Below, in pieces: positions 20,500 to 28,890 of a stretch of 64,000 nt of DNA. The stretch is from positions 11,019-75,018 of IMG/VR virus record IMGVR_UViG_3300013094_000033; one strand, written 5' to 3'. The notes beneath the pieces are model-generated. The model was not told the DNA's origin. It did no database searches and was given only the letters and a program-made list of their open reading frames with translations. This stretch comes from a virus. Positions within the stretch are counted from its first letter, which is position 1, and each line of letters opens with the position of its first letter. Position numbers and translations under genes: made by a program.

Positions 20500-20844
20500 A
20501 TGAGACCATTGTGCCCCACTTGTAACCGACGTCCTGTTGCCATTAATAGGCATATAGGAGATAAAATCTATTATAGAAAAACATGTGATATATGTTCTAG
20601 AGCTGGCAAAAAAGTAAAACCTGATTCGCCGCAATGGGCCAAAAGCGGATATACAAAAAAGCCACAATGTGAACGCTGTGGCTTTAAGTTTAAATTAGTT
20701 GAACAATCAAATGTGTTCTATGTAGATGGCAATTTAAAAAACAATAATTGGCTTAATCTTAAGACTGTATGTTTAAACTGTCAACAGGAAGTGTATAAAT
20801 CTAGATTGCCGTGGAAACCTGCTCTACTAGTGCCAGATTTTTAA
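20500..20844 (+). CDS. Zn-ribbon protein with degenerate HNH-like C-terminus
   Basis: Four CxxC pairs; VFYVDGNLKNNNWLNLKTVCLNC is HNH-like but lacks His; TAAATA 5 nt upstream. Confidence 0.65.
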   Translation: MRPLCPTCNRRPVAINRHIGDKIYYRKTCDICSRAGKKVKPDSPQWAKSGYTKKPQCERCGFKFKLVEQSNVFYVDGNLKNNNWLNLKTVCLNCQQEVYKSRLPWKPALLVPDF

Positions 20845-21436
20845 TTTGACTATACAAGTCATCTATAGTTCCATTATTATCAATTATAGCATCAAAGTCC
20901 GTGCCTACCCAAGAGGTTTCGCTGGCATGAATTTTGCGATTAATCAATTCCCACTTTGCAGATTCTGATCCATTGTTGCAGTCTAATGCAACATTGTACC
21001 ATTCAGGCAATTCGCCTCTCTTAACCCAGATTACTTTGCCACCGGCGTTTTTGATCGATTTTATTTCATTGGGAAATCTGCAATCGCTAATAACAATATT
21101 GTCTTGGCTACTACGTAGTTTGTTTTCCATACTAGCGATCCAAATATCATCATGAAATCCTTTTCTGCACACTTCAGTTCCCCAGTATTGTAATACCCAG
21201 CGTGGCGTAATATCTATTCCCAATCTATTACTCCACCAATCATCTCGTTGTTCGCGCCATTCACGGGCTTGCTTAGTGCGTCCTTCTAGCATAGTACGAT
21301 CCCATCCAAAAACTGCGGCCACTGCATCTTTAAGAGTGCTAGCAAATGATTCTCGTCTGAACTCATGAAAGTTTTGCAAATAGTCTGCGGCTGTATCTTT
21401 GCCGCTGCCAATAAACCCGCAGATTCCTATGATCAT
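20801..21436 (-). CDS. gp1: Deoxynucleoside monophosphate kinase (T4 gp1-like); real start at 21436
   Basis: MIIGICGFIGSGKDT P-loop, FASTLKD, TPRWVLQYWGTE, ISDCRFPNE and HASE; SD AGGAG upstream. Confidence 0.9.
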   Translation of the reverse strand: MIIGICGFIGSGKDTAADYLQNFHEFRRESFASTLKDAVAAVFGWDRTMLEGRTKQAREWREQRDDWWSNRLGIDITPRWVLQYWGTEVCRKGFHDDIWIASMENKLRSSQDNIVISDCRFPNEIKSIKNAGGKVIWVKRGELPEWYNVALDCNNGSESAKWELINRKIHASETSWVGTDFDAIIDNNGTIDDLYSQIKNLALVEQVSTAI

Positions 21437-21489
21437 AAAAAATGCTCCTGTATTAGGAGCATTATTACATATTTGTTTAATAGTGTCAA
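21437..21489 (-). promoter_or_regulatory. Sigma70-like promoter plus SD-sequestering terminator hairpin before the dNMP kinase
   Basis: TTGACA-N17-AATAAT with TG extension; AATGCTCCT-AATAC-AGGAGCATT followed by a T-run and the ATG. Confidence 0.65.
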
Positions 21490-22028
21490 GTTCTCTTAGT
21501 TTTTTTCGACTTTGCTTTAGTTGTAACATACTGAGCTGATGCACTAGTTTTGTCATGACTATTTGATTTACGATCTTTTTTCTGGAAAACCTGTTCGTGT
21601 TTTGTATCAAGTTTTAAGTCGGGCAATACTTCTGGTTTTTCGCCTTTCTTTAATAACTTAATAGGTGGTTTAGGTTTTACTGCACTTCTATTGTAAATGT
21701 CTGGTAACTCATGGCTTTGTCTCCACTGGGTAACATTTTTATAGTCGCTATCTACGGTTGCAAACGCGGCTGCTAACATGTTGTCATCTGCCTGAGTGTA
21801 CGGATATGCAGTATTATATTTTTCGTACCAGGATTCTTGCTCAAAATCTTTCATTACACCACGATCAATTCCGTTAGCTGCCGCAGCGGCCATCATAATA
21901 CGATTTAAGTGATATATACGATCGTATCCACCAACATCACGAAAGCGCCAAGACGAGTGTTGAGCGGCAGAATGGCCAGCATCGTATTCGCCTTTGAGTC
22001 CTTCAGTAATAATTTCGTTAATTTTCAT
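21486..22028 (-). CDS. Putative internal head protein (paralogue of 9978-10391) with basic tail
   Basis: MKINEIITEG start; shared Y..R...A.A and YT..D/E..M..A pattern; TAAATA 6 nt upstream. Confidence 0.55.
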   Translation of the reverse strand: MKINEIITEGLKGEYDAGHSAAQHSSWRFRDVGGYDRIYHLNRIMMAAAAANGIDRGVMKDFEQESWYEKYNTAYPYTQADDNMLAAAFATVDSDYKNVTQWRQSHELPDIYNRSAVKPKPPIKLLKKGEKPEVLPDLKLDTKHEQVFQKKDRKSNSHDKTSASAQYVTTKAKSKKTKRT

Positions 22029-22037
22029 ACTTTATAT

Positions 22038-22991
22038 TTAGCCAATTACAAAAGTTAATGGTTGACTACCATCTACAAACAGTTTGAGATCTTCATCTAA
22101 TTGTTTCATTTCTTCGTTGGCTTCTTGTACCATAGTAGCACCATTTAAACTTGTTCCGCCTTGCGGTCCGGCTATTTGACTAAACTTACTGTATGCTTGA
22201 CCTAAAATACGTTTAGCAAAACTGTAGGCATATTCTTGGATCCACGGAAATGCCTGCGGATCATTGAATATCATTTGATCTGGTTTGGTATTGAAGACCC
22301 AAAGTAAAACTGATTCTTGTTGATTGGGATCTGGGTTAGCACCTTGGTAAGGCATCTTACGCACAAGTGTTAATTTTTTAGTAACTGGGTTAAATGTATA
22401 GTTCATGTAACCTCCGAACATTTTCATAGCTAACTTTTGATAGTCAACAAACATCTCGTAATTAGTTAAGCCACCTACACGACCTGCTACTAACATATAA
22501 GTGTTCAAATATCCACTTGCAAAAGGTTCAAACTGACTTGCTGTTGTTCCTGTTGTACTACCGATACCACGTCTAAAAATAGCACGAACCTGTTGTATTT
22601 CTTTAGGGAGTATATATTCCTGAGTTTCAGGCATTAGTTGAAGTGTGGCATAACTTTCTTCTGTGCTATTTTGTGCACGTTGACGATATTTAATTAATGC
22701 TTGATTAATTGACATCTCATAGTGTTCTTTTTCTAATTCAACATCTACAATTCCATCGCCTAAACGCATACGCACGTAGTCAACAATAGAAGCTCGCATT
22801 GAGTCATTGGTGTTGCCATAGTCCCAATTTGGGTCTTGTACACCAGGGAATGTTACTGTTTTACTACCATCAAAAGCAATGTGTGCACCACTTTGCGTTC
22901 CGGTATTGGCATTAAAAAGGCTGTCAACTATAAGGTTGTTGTTTGCATCATACCCTGACTCGGCAGTGACAGGTGAGTTTGTAATATCCAT
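22038..22991 (-). CDS. gp13: Neck protein, T4 gp13-like
   Basis: DYVRMRLGDGIVDVEL..INQAL, WIQEYA..AKRILGQAYSKF..GPQGGTSLNG motifs. Confidence 0.85.
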   Translation of the reverse strand: MDITNSPVTAESGYDANNNLIVDSLFNANTGTQSGAHIAFDGSKTVTFPGVQDPNWDYGNTNDSMRASIVDYVRMRLGDGIVDVELEKEHYEMSINQALIKYRQRAQNSTEESYATLQLMPETQEYILPKEIQQVRAIFRRGIGSTTGTTASQFEPFASGYLNTYMLVAGRVGGLTNYEMFVDYQKLAMKMFGGYMNYTFNPVTKKLTLVRKMPYQGANPDPNQQESVLLWVFNTKPDQMIFNDPQAFPWIQEYAYSFAKRILGQAYSKFSQIAGPQGGTSLNGATMVQEANEEMKQLDEDLKLFVDGSQPLTFVIG

Positions 22992-22995
22992 AGAA

Positions 22996-23037
22996 AAGTC
23001 CCGTTTATACAGTATTTAGTACTGCACAACGGGACTT
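22996..23037 (-). terminator. Long hairpin/terminator containing a late promoter and covering the gp13 RBS
   Basis: AAGTCCCGTT/AACGGGACTT stem with inner CAGTA/TACTG; TAAATA at 23018-23013 at the apex; TTTT just before the ATG. Confidence 0.7.
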
Positions 23038-23042
23038 GTGGG

Positions 23043-24215
23043 TTATTGTGTTTTTAACAATACAATATCTGCGTTTATACGTCCATTTAATTTAGTCTCA
23101 GTGGCTTTAATCTCATCTAAGAACTTACGTAATTGTATCTTGCCTGCTTTAGCAAACTCTTTCAATTGATCAATTGGCTTACGCAATGTTTTGCACACAC
23201 TTTTAGCTTCGTCGTAGCCTTCGATGCTAGTGCCTTTAACCCGCAATGGGCCTTGCAAACTGTCTGCTACATACTTGCCTAGCTTTCTAGTTTTAGAATT
23301 GTAGATCCACAATTCGTTTGCACCTAAAATATCAACTGGGTTAATACTAATTATTTTAAGAGCTTTGTCTTCTTTGGCGTACTTGAGTTTTGCTACAACT
23401 TTTTCTTTACTTACTGCCCGTGGAGCACGTAATTTTTTAGTGGCTTTCTTTACGCCTCTATATTGCTCAATATCGTTAAGAATACTATCTAAAAACACAA
23501 AGATGCGTTTGAAATCTGCCGCTTTGTAATGCTTGTAACCCTCAACTACTTGCTCATCTGCTTTTTCATATGCTAGTTTAAGTTCATCAAATCTCTTTTG
23601 ATACACTTCTACATATTTGCTGAGTTGACTTTGTGGAACATTGTTAGCAACCAAAAAGTCATAGGTCTTAAACTTGTAGTCCTTGCTCTTAATAACTTCA
23701 TCGTAATGGCCTTCTAGCTCGCCGATTGTTTCGCTAGTTTTTTCATTAAGACGATCCTGAATAGTGGGCACGTATGCTTTGGGTTTTTCCTCAGCAGTCT
23801 CTACCACTTCAGGCTCGGCTAACTCTATAGATTTGTTGATACAATCTGTAATAAACTCAATATGACGTCCACGGAATGGCATACCCACACGATGTGCCAT
23901 TATAAGACTACATGCTGTCATTGACAAACTTCTGTCAGGACTGCGAATAAACGCACTTATGTCTCGTTTTGTAAACACCGTCGGTTGTGCTTGCATCCAT
24001 TCTACTACATGTTTTTTGCAGTCTTTTTGACTGTAATAGTAATTGTAGTAATAAAAACTCTTACGAAGACAATGATCAAAGGTTTCGTTATCAAATTTTT
24101 CTGCACGTTCTGTATCCCACACGGGCTCAGATCCTGTGTACTTTTCGTCTGCAAAAGCACCGCCACGGGGTTTTGCTACTTTAGTTTTAATTTTGATACC
24201 GGCTACTGTGGCCAT
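23043..24215 (-). CDS. Hypothetical protein (basic, early-expressed)
   Basis: 390-aa Lys-rich ORF with SD AAGGAG and a consensus sigma70 promoter. Confidence 0.75.
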   Translation of the reverse strand: MATVAGIKIKTKVAKPRGGAFADEKYTGSEPVWDTERAEKFDNETFDHCLRKSFYYYNYYYSQKDCKKHVVEWMQAQPTVFTKRDISAFIRSPDRSLSMTACSLIMAHRVGMPFRGRHIEFITDCINKSIELAEPEVVETAEEKPKAYVPTIQDRLNEKTSETIGELEGHYDEVIKSKDYKFKTYDFLVANNVPQSQLSKYVEVYQKRFDELKLAYEKADEQVVEGYKHYKAADFKRIFVFLDSILNDIEQYRGVKKATKKLRAPRAVSKEKVVAKLKYAKEDKALKIISINPVDILGANELWIYNSKTRKLGKYVADSLQGPLRVKGTSIEGYDEAKSVCKTLRKPIDQLKEFAKAGKIQLRKFLDEIKATETKLNGRINADIVLLKTQ

Positions 24216-24243
24216 AAATGCTCCTTAACTTGACAATAATACT

Positions 24244-24281
24244 ATTATATAGCAAAACCCATTTTTATGCAATGGGTTTTG
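24244..24281 (-). promoter_or_regulatory. Sigma70 early promoter with an 11-bp inverted repeat around the -35
   Basis: TTGCAT-N17-TATAAT; CAAAACCCATT (24253-24263) / AATGGGTTTTG (24271-24281). Confidence 0.7.
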
Positions 24282-24290
24282 TGTTGTATT

Positions 24291-24569
24291 TTAGCCACGA
24301 CGTGCGAGCTTTTTGTACACTAGCAACGGCATTTTAATTGCTACATCCAGTGCATTTGCTTTTATACGCAAAGACTCTGCAACAGAGTTTACCTCTGCTA
24401 GCGTAGATGTATTGGGATTGAGATCTACTAAAAATAGAGCTTTGTTTGCTGTAAACTCTGCGTAAGTATGAGCAACAATACGTAAAGATATTACATCATT
24501 TTTATATGGTGTACGCTTAAAGTTAACTTTTACATATAACTTGTTTGTAGGCATTGCGTTAAACAACAT
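24291..24569 (-). CDS. Small hypothetical early protein
   Basis: 92 aa, SD AAGGAG, own sigma70 promoter. Confidence 0.7.
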   Translation of the reverse strand: MLFNAMPTNKLYVKVNFKRTPYKNDVISLRIVAHTYAEFTANKALFLVDLNPNTSTLAEVNSVAESLRIKANALDVAIKMPLLVYKKLARRG

Positions 24570-24597
24570 ACGAGCTCCTTTTTATGGACAAGTATGC

Positions 24598-24634
24598 ATT
24601 ATACCCGAAATAGTATTTTGGGTCTACCAAAATA
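24598..24634 (-). promoter_or_regulatory. Sigma70 early promoter with an 8-bp inverted repeat around the -35
   Basis: TAGACC-N17-TATAAT; TATTTTGG (24614-24621) / CCAAAATA (24627-24634). Confidence 0.65.
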
Positions 24635-24886
24635 TTACATCTTTAACAACGAGCCAAATGTTAACTGTTGCTCTAAAACAACAAGACTTTTGTCTAAATT
24701 TTCAGCAATTTCTGTGTACTTTGGTGTTACTTTTTGATAACGTCTACATTGCACAAATTCATTATCTAATTCATTCCACAATCGTGCACAATTAGCCCAC
24801 ATTTTAGTAAGGTTATTATCCCGTAGTCTAAAAGTAACACGACGGGCATCTTCTAATCTGTTGTAAAGTTCTTGTGAATGATGCAT
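24635..24886 (-). CDS. Small hypothetical early protein (83 aa, probably leaderless)
   Basis: The ATG at 24886 lies 7 nt after TTGACC-N17-TACAAT. The longer ORF call (24928) would run through the promoter. Confidence 0.6.
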   Translation of the reverse strand: MHHSQELYNRLEDARRVTFRLRDNNLTKMWANCARLWNELDNEFVQCRRYQKVTPKYTEIAENLDKSLVVLEQQLTFGSLLKM

Positions 24887-24893
24887 AACGGTA

Positions 24894-24933
24894 ATTGTAC
24901 TATAAAAATCATTCTGGGTCAAATCCATAAATA
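24894..24933. promoter_or_regulatory. Divergent promoters: sigma70-like (minus) and TAAATA late-type (plus)
   Basis: Minus: TTGACC (24922-24917)-N17-TACAAT (24899-24894). Plus: TAAATA at 24928-24933. Confidence 0.6.
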
Positions 24934-24955
24934 CTACAATATTAGGATTAGATTT

Positions 24956-26317
24956 ATGGCACGGTTAAGCCTTTGGAAAAACGGTAAACACTCAAATGAT
25001 TATAAGTTTATGGATAGACGCATATCCGAAATGTTTACCATTGGTGGTACTGGAATACTGCTAAACAAATACCTAGGGCCAATTGCACAAGGTACACAAA
25101 TTGCTACTAGTGCTAGTCAGACTACAACATCCGATCCATTGGTTTTTAGTAATACAAATGGTGTTAACATCGGTGACTACGTGTATGGTAACAACATTCC
25201 AGGTGGTACCCAAGTTATCGTAAAATCAGCTACGTCTGTTACTCTAAGTGCAAATACATCTGCACTAGTAGGGACTGGGTCTACAATCGGATTTAGCGCA
25301 GATGCTACCCAACCTAGTTACACAAATCAAAGTGAACTAAACATACAAGACTTGTTATGGCAAGAAAATCGTGATCGAAAATATGATACAAACGTATATC
25401 AAATGCGTGGTATCTACCAACGTGCAGATCAAGATTTTGATCTAAGCCAATTTGGCCTGTTCCTACAAACTGGTACTATTTTTATGGTGTTTCATTTGCG
25501 TGACATGGTTGATTTAATAGGTCGTAAACTAATGTCAGGCGATGTGCTTGAACTGCAACATTTAAAAGATTACGATGCATTAAACGGCGATTTACCAGCG
25601 GCACTAAAAAGATATTATGTAGTTGGCGATGCTAGTTTTGCCGCAGAAGGATTTAGCCCAACTTGGTGGCCACACTTATGGCGTGTTAAACTTAATCCGT
25701 TAGTAGACAGTCAAGAATACAAAGATATTCTTAACAATATTGCAGCCAGTGACACTACTACAACACCAGTGGGACAAATTTTATCTACTTACAATGAATA
25801 TTTAAACATCAATGAAAGTACAATAGCCCAAGCAGAAGTTGATGTACCATTAAGCGGGTACGATACTACACCGTACTACTCATTGCCAGATCCAAGTATT
25901 GTAACTGGTGATATTACATCTGACTCAGGCGAGATTACCGCTGACAGTATTGATTTAACATCCGACAGTATCATTACAACTCCTGCTTACAAAATAAGCG
26001 GATACTTAACAGGTGACGGTACTCCGCCAAACAGTATTACATGCGGCACAGGAATATCATTCCCAACTAATCCAATCAATGGAGAGTATTTTTTACGCCT
26101 TGATTATCTGCCAAACAGATTATTCAGATTCAATGGTCAGTATTGGTTACGAATAGAAGATTCAGTACGTACAAACATCACCCCAGGTGATACAAATAAT
26201 AAGACAATGCGCGAGGGTTATGTAAATAACACTAACACATACACAGACTCGCAAGGTGTAGTACACAAAGAAAGACAGTCCCTTAGTGAAGCATTGACTC
26301 CTAAGGCAGACAATTAA
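24956..26317 (+). CDS. Neck/head-closure protein, gp14-like, with inserted beta domain and C-terminal extension; start 24956
   Basis: IQDLLWQENRDRKY..DFDLSQFGLFL..GRKLMSGDVLEL pattern; immediately upstream of the gp15-like gene; AGGA SD. Confidence 0.65.
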   Translation: MARLSLWKNGKHSNDYKFMDRRISEMFTIGGTGILLNKYLGPIAQGTQIATSASQTTTSDPLVFSNTNGVNIGDYVYGNNIPGGTQVIVKSATSVTLSANTSALVGTGSTIGFSADATQPSYTNQSELNIQDLLWQENRDRKYDTNVYQMRGIYQRADQDFDLSQFGLFLQTGTIFMVFHLRDMVDLIGRKLMSGDVLELQHLKDYDALNGDLPAALKRYYVVGDASFAAEGFSPTWWPHLWRVKLNPLVDSQEYKDILNNIAASDTTTTPVGQILSTYNEYLNINESTIAQAEVDVPLSGYDTTPYYSLPDPSIVTGDITSDSGEITADSIDLTSDSIITTPAYKISGYLTGDGTPPNSITCGTGISFPTNPINGEYFLRLDYLPNRLFRFNGQYWLRIEDSVRTNITPGDTNNKTMREGYVNNTNTYTDSQGVVHKERQSLSEALTPKADN

Positions 26318-26326
26318 AGGATTATA

Positions 26327-27715
26327 ATGGCCGGACTAGTACAATTTGCTTACGATGGGCAAATCAGAAGATTTGTTATACAGTTTATACGTATGCTTTC
26401 AAACTTCCAAGTTGAGTTTGGACAAGACACTTCTGGTGCTATTGCATTGCAAACCATTCCAGTCTATTACGGAGATGTTAGTCGCCAGGCTGCAGTCATA
26501 TTAAAAAATAACAGCGAAAACACATTAAATGCAGTACCAGCAATGGCCACATATATTTCTGCGTTAACATATGATCGTCAACGCCTACAAAATCCCTATT
26601 ACGAAAATACATTAACACTAAGAGAACGTGAGTACAACGAAAATACCGGAACATACAGTAGCGTACAAAATGGTATTTTTACAGTTGAGCGATTAATGCC
26701 AGCTCCATATAAACTACAAATGAAAGTAGATATATGGACTAGTAATACTGAACAAAAACATCAAATTGTTGAGCAAATTGCTCCACTGTTTAATCCTTCG
26801 TTAGAAATACAAAGCACAGACAATTATGTTGATTGGACTAGTTTAAGTGTAGTAGAATTAATTGATATTTCTTATACAAATAGAAGTGTGCCCACCGGCA
26901 GCGACGACACCACAATTGATATTGCTACATTAACTTTTGAAATGCCAATTTGGATAAGTTTACCGGCTAAGGTTAAACAGGGCGGAGTTATTACACAAAT
27001 TATTGCCAGTATATACGATGAAAACGGATCCATTACCGCAGACAATTATACAGCCGGTGTGTCGTCACTTCAGAGAATTACTCCACTAAATGCAGGAATT
27101 ACATTTATCGGAAATGTACTAACACTATACAAAGACAATACAAATGCTGTTGGCGATACTGTATATGGCACAAAAATGCGTTGGGCAGATCTTGTTAACA
27201 TATATGGTAAGCCATTAACAAATGGCATTTCACAGGTAAGATTAACATTTCCATTCCCCGATCAATATGGATTCCATGAGATTGTAGGCACAGTAGCATA
27301 CGATCCCACTGATGCAACACAACTATTGTTTACCACTATTGCACAAACATTGCCTGCAAACACATTGGATGCTGTGAGTGCAATCATTGATCCAACTACA
27401 GTTACCGTAAACAGTAATATTTTAAGTCCAGCTACAGGAACAAGATATTTAATCTTAAGACCAATTGGTGATGCAAACACTACATCGGCCGTGGCATGGG
27501 CAGGCACCGCAGGATCTAATTTATTAGCAAATGCAAATGACATTATAGAGTGGAACGGCACTGAGTGGACTGTAGCATTTGAAAGTCAAACTAATCCTGG
27601 TGTTCAATATGTAACAAACTTAAACACCACAGTACAATATCGTTGGACTGGCACTGAGTGGATTAAGAGCTACGAAGGATTATACAAGGCCGGAAATTGG
27701 AGTTTGGTGCTGTAA
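26327..27715 (+). CDS. gp15: Tail sheath stabiliser/terminator, gp15-like, with C-terminal extension
   Basis: FAYDGQIRRFVIQFIRMLSN, IPVYYG, YDRQR, MPAPYKL..IWT..QIVEQIAPLFNP and TLTFEM. Confidence 0.8.
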   Translation: MAGLVQFAYDGQIRRFVIQFIRMLSNFQVEFGQDTSGAIALQTIPVYYGDVSRQAAVILKNNSENTLNAVPAMATYISALTYDRQRLQNPYYENTLTLREREYNENTGTYSSVQNGIFTVERLMPAPYKLQMKVDIWTSNTEQKHQIVEQIAPLFNPSLEIQSTDNYVDWTSLSVVELIDISYTNRSVPTGSDDTTIDIATLTFEMPIWISLPAKVKQGGVITQIIASIYDENGSITADNYTAGVSSLQRITPLNAGITFIGNVLTLYKDNTNAVGDTVYGTKMRWADLVNIYGKPLTNGISQVRLTFPFPDQYGFHEIVGTVAYDPTDATQLLFTTIAQTLPANTLDAVSAIIDPTTVTVNSNILSPATGTRYLILRPIGDANTTSAVAWAGTAGSNLLANANDIIEWNGTEWTVAFESQTNPGVQYVTNLNTTVQYRWTGTEWIKSYEGLYKAGNWSLVL

Positions 27716-28143
27716 TGACTGACCACACAGAAGGTTGTGGAGCATTAATATATGCTAAAACAACCAATCGATATCTTTTCTTATTAAGAAATAAAAGCAA
27801 GCATGCTGGCTCATGGGGTATAGTAGGCGGTAAGATTGAGCGTGGCGAAAGTGTTATGCAGGGATTGGTTAGGGAAATACAAGAAGAAATTGGTATTGAT
27901 TATACTAATAAAAAATTTATTCCCTTAGAAACATTTACAGCCGACAATCGTAAATTTGTATATTACACATTTCTAATAGGTGTAGATGAAGAATTTGTAC
28001 CTAAGCTCAATGACGAGCATCGTGGATATTGTTGGGTAAACTTAGATGATTATCCTAGACCTTTGCATCCAGGATTATGGAGAAGTTTTAATTTTGATAT
28101 TGTTAAAAAGAAAATTAAAACTTTAGAATCAATATTGAATTAA
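27715..28143 (+). CDS. Nudix hydrolase
   Basis: Nudix box GGKIERGESVMQGLVREIQEEIG; LNDEH..W and LHPG; start coupled to gp15 by a TAATG overlap. Confidence 0.9.
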   Translation: MTDHTEGCGALIYAKTTNRYLFLLRNKSKHAGSWGIVGGKIERGESVMQGLVREIQEEIGIDYTNKKFIPLETFTADNRKFVYYTFLIGVDEEFVPKLNDEHRGYCWVNLDDYPRPLHPGLWRSFNFDIVKKKIKTLESILN

Positions 28144-28889
28144 CTAATAAAGCCAATGTCGGCTTCTAGTACAAAATCTCTATAATCAATTTGTCTGAAA
28201 TTAACTAAACCAGATAACGATTCTGGAACTGAGTATGTTTTAGCTGGAACTATTCTAATAAATTCTACATCAGAATATGTAGTCATAATAATATGCAATG
28301 CTTTTATCCAGATGTCATGATTCTGATGTTCTGATTCTGGTAGATAGCCGTTTGTATTTTTATAGATATTGTTGACTTTACCAGCCATATCGTATCCATC
28401 ATAGCCCATCATAAAAATCTTTTTATGTCCATCAAAGCAAGCCAAATACACAGCAAGTGAACCGGCATCCCAAGGAATATTTTGTGGTATTAAATAAAAC
28501 TTACCTGGATAGTCTAATAGGTAAGGAGCATTTGCATAAACAATATGCTCAGATGGATATGTCAATTTGGCAATTTCTTCGACGATATCATCACCTGTTG
28601 CTACTAAAAAGTCAGGAGCAAAATCTCTATATAACGCATTACATCCGTAACTTTGTAAACTGTTTTCTCCACCCAGACCTGCTTTGTGACCTGAAATAAA
28701 TCTGAGATCAAAGTTTGCACGAGATTCACCATTGGCAATTGCAATAGCTTGTGTAGTTGTAAAAGTATTAAACACACTATTAGCAATGTATTCAGTTTCA
28801 GGTGTCCACTCACTGTTACTTAATGTCATAGTTGTAACAATCGTTTCTCCTGCGTAATTGCTACGATATAATTGTTTTAGTTTTTGCAT
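28140..28889 (-). CDS. Maf/DUF115 (MptE-like) or sialyltransferase-like nucleotide-binding protein; start 28889
   Basis: AIAIANGESR, YGCNALYRDFAPDFLVATG and AGSLAVYLA..GHKKIFMMGYD, the pattern of DUF115/Maf and GT42-like folds. Confidence 0.6.
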   Translation of the reverse strand: MQKLKQLYRSNYAGETIVTTMTLSNSEWTPETEYIANSVFNTFTTTQAIAIANGESRANFDLRFISGHKAGLGGENSLQSYGCNALYRDFAPDFLVATGDDIVEEIAKLTYPSEHIVYANAPYLLDYPGKFYLIPQNIPWDAGSLAVYLACFDGHKKIFMMGYDGYDMAGKVNNIYKNTNGYLPESEHQNHDIWIKALHIIMTTYSDVEFIRIVPAKTYSVPESLSGLVNFRQIDYRDFVLEADIGFIS

Positions 28890-28890
28890 A

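Noticed and set aside
21437-21610. 58-aa N-terminal extension of the dNMP kinase called by the ORF track
   Set aside because: It overlaps the upstream gene and runs through a promoter/terminator. The P-loop domain starts at the ATG at 21436, which has an AGGAG SD.
24878-24955. Overlapping upstream starts for 24878-26317 (+) and 24635-24928 (-)
   Set aside because: Both extensions cross the divergent promoter region. Better starts are 24956 and 24886.
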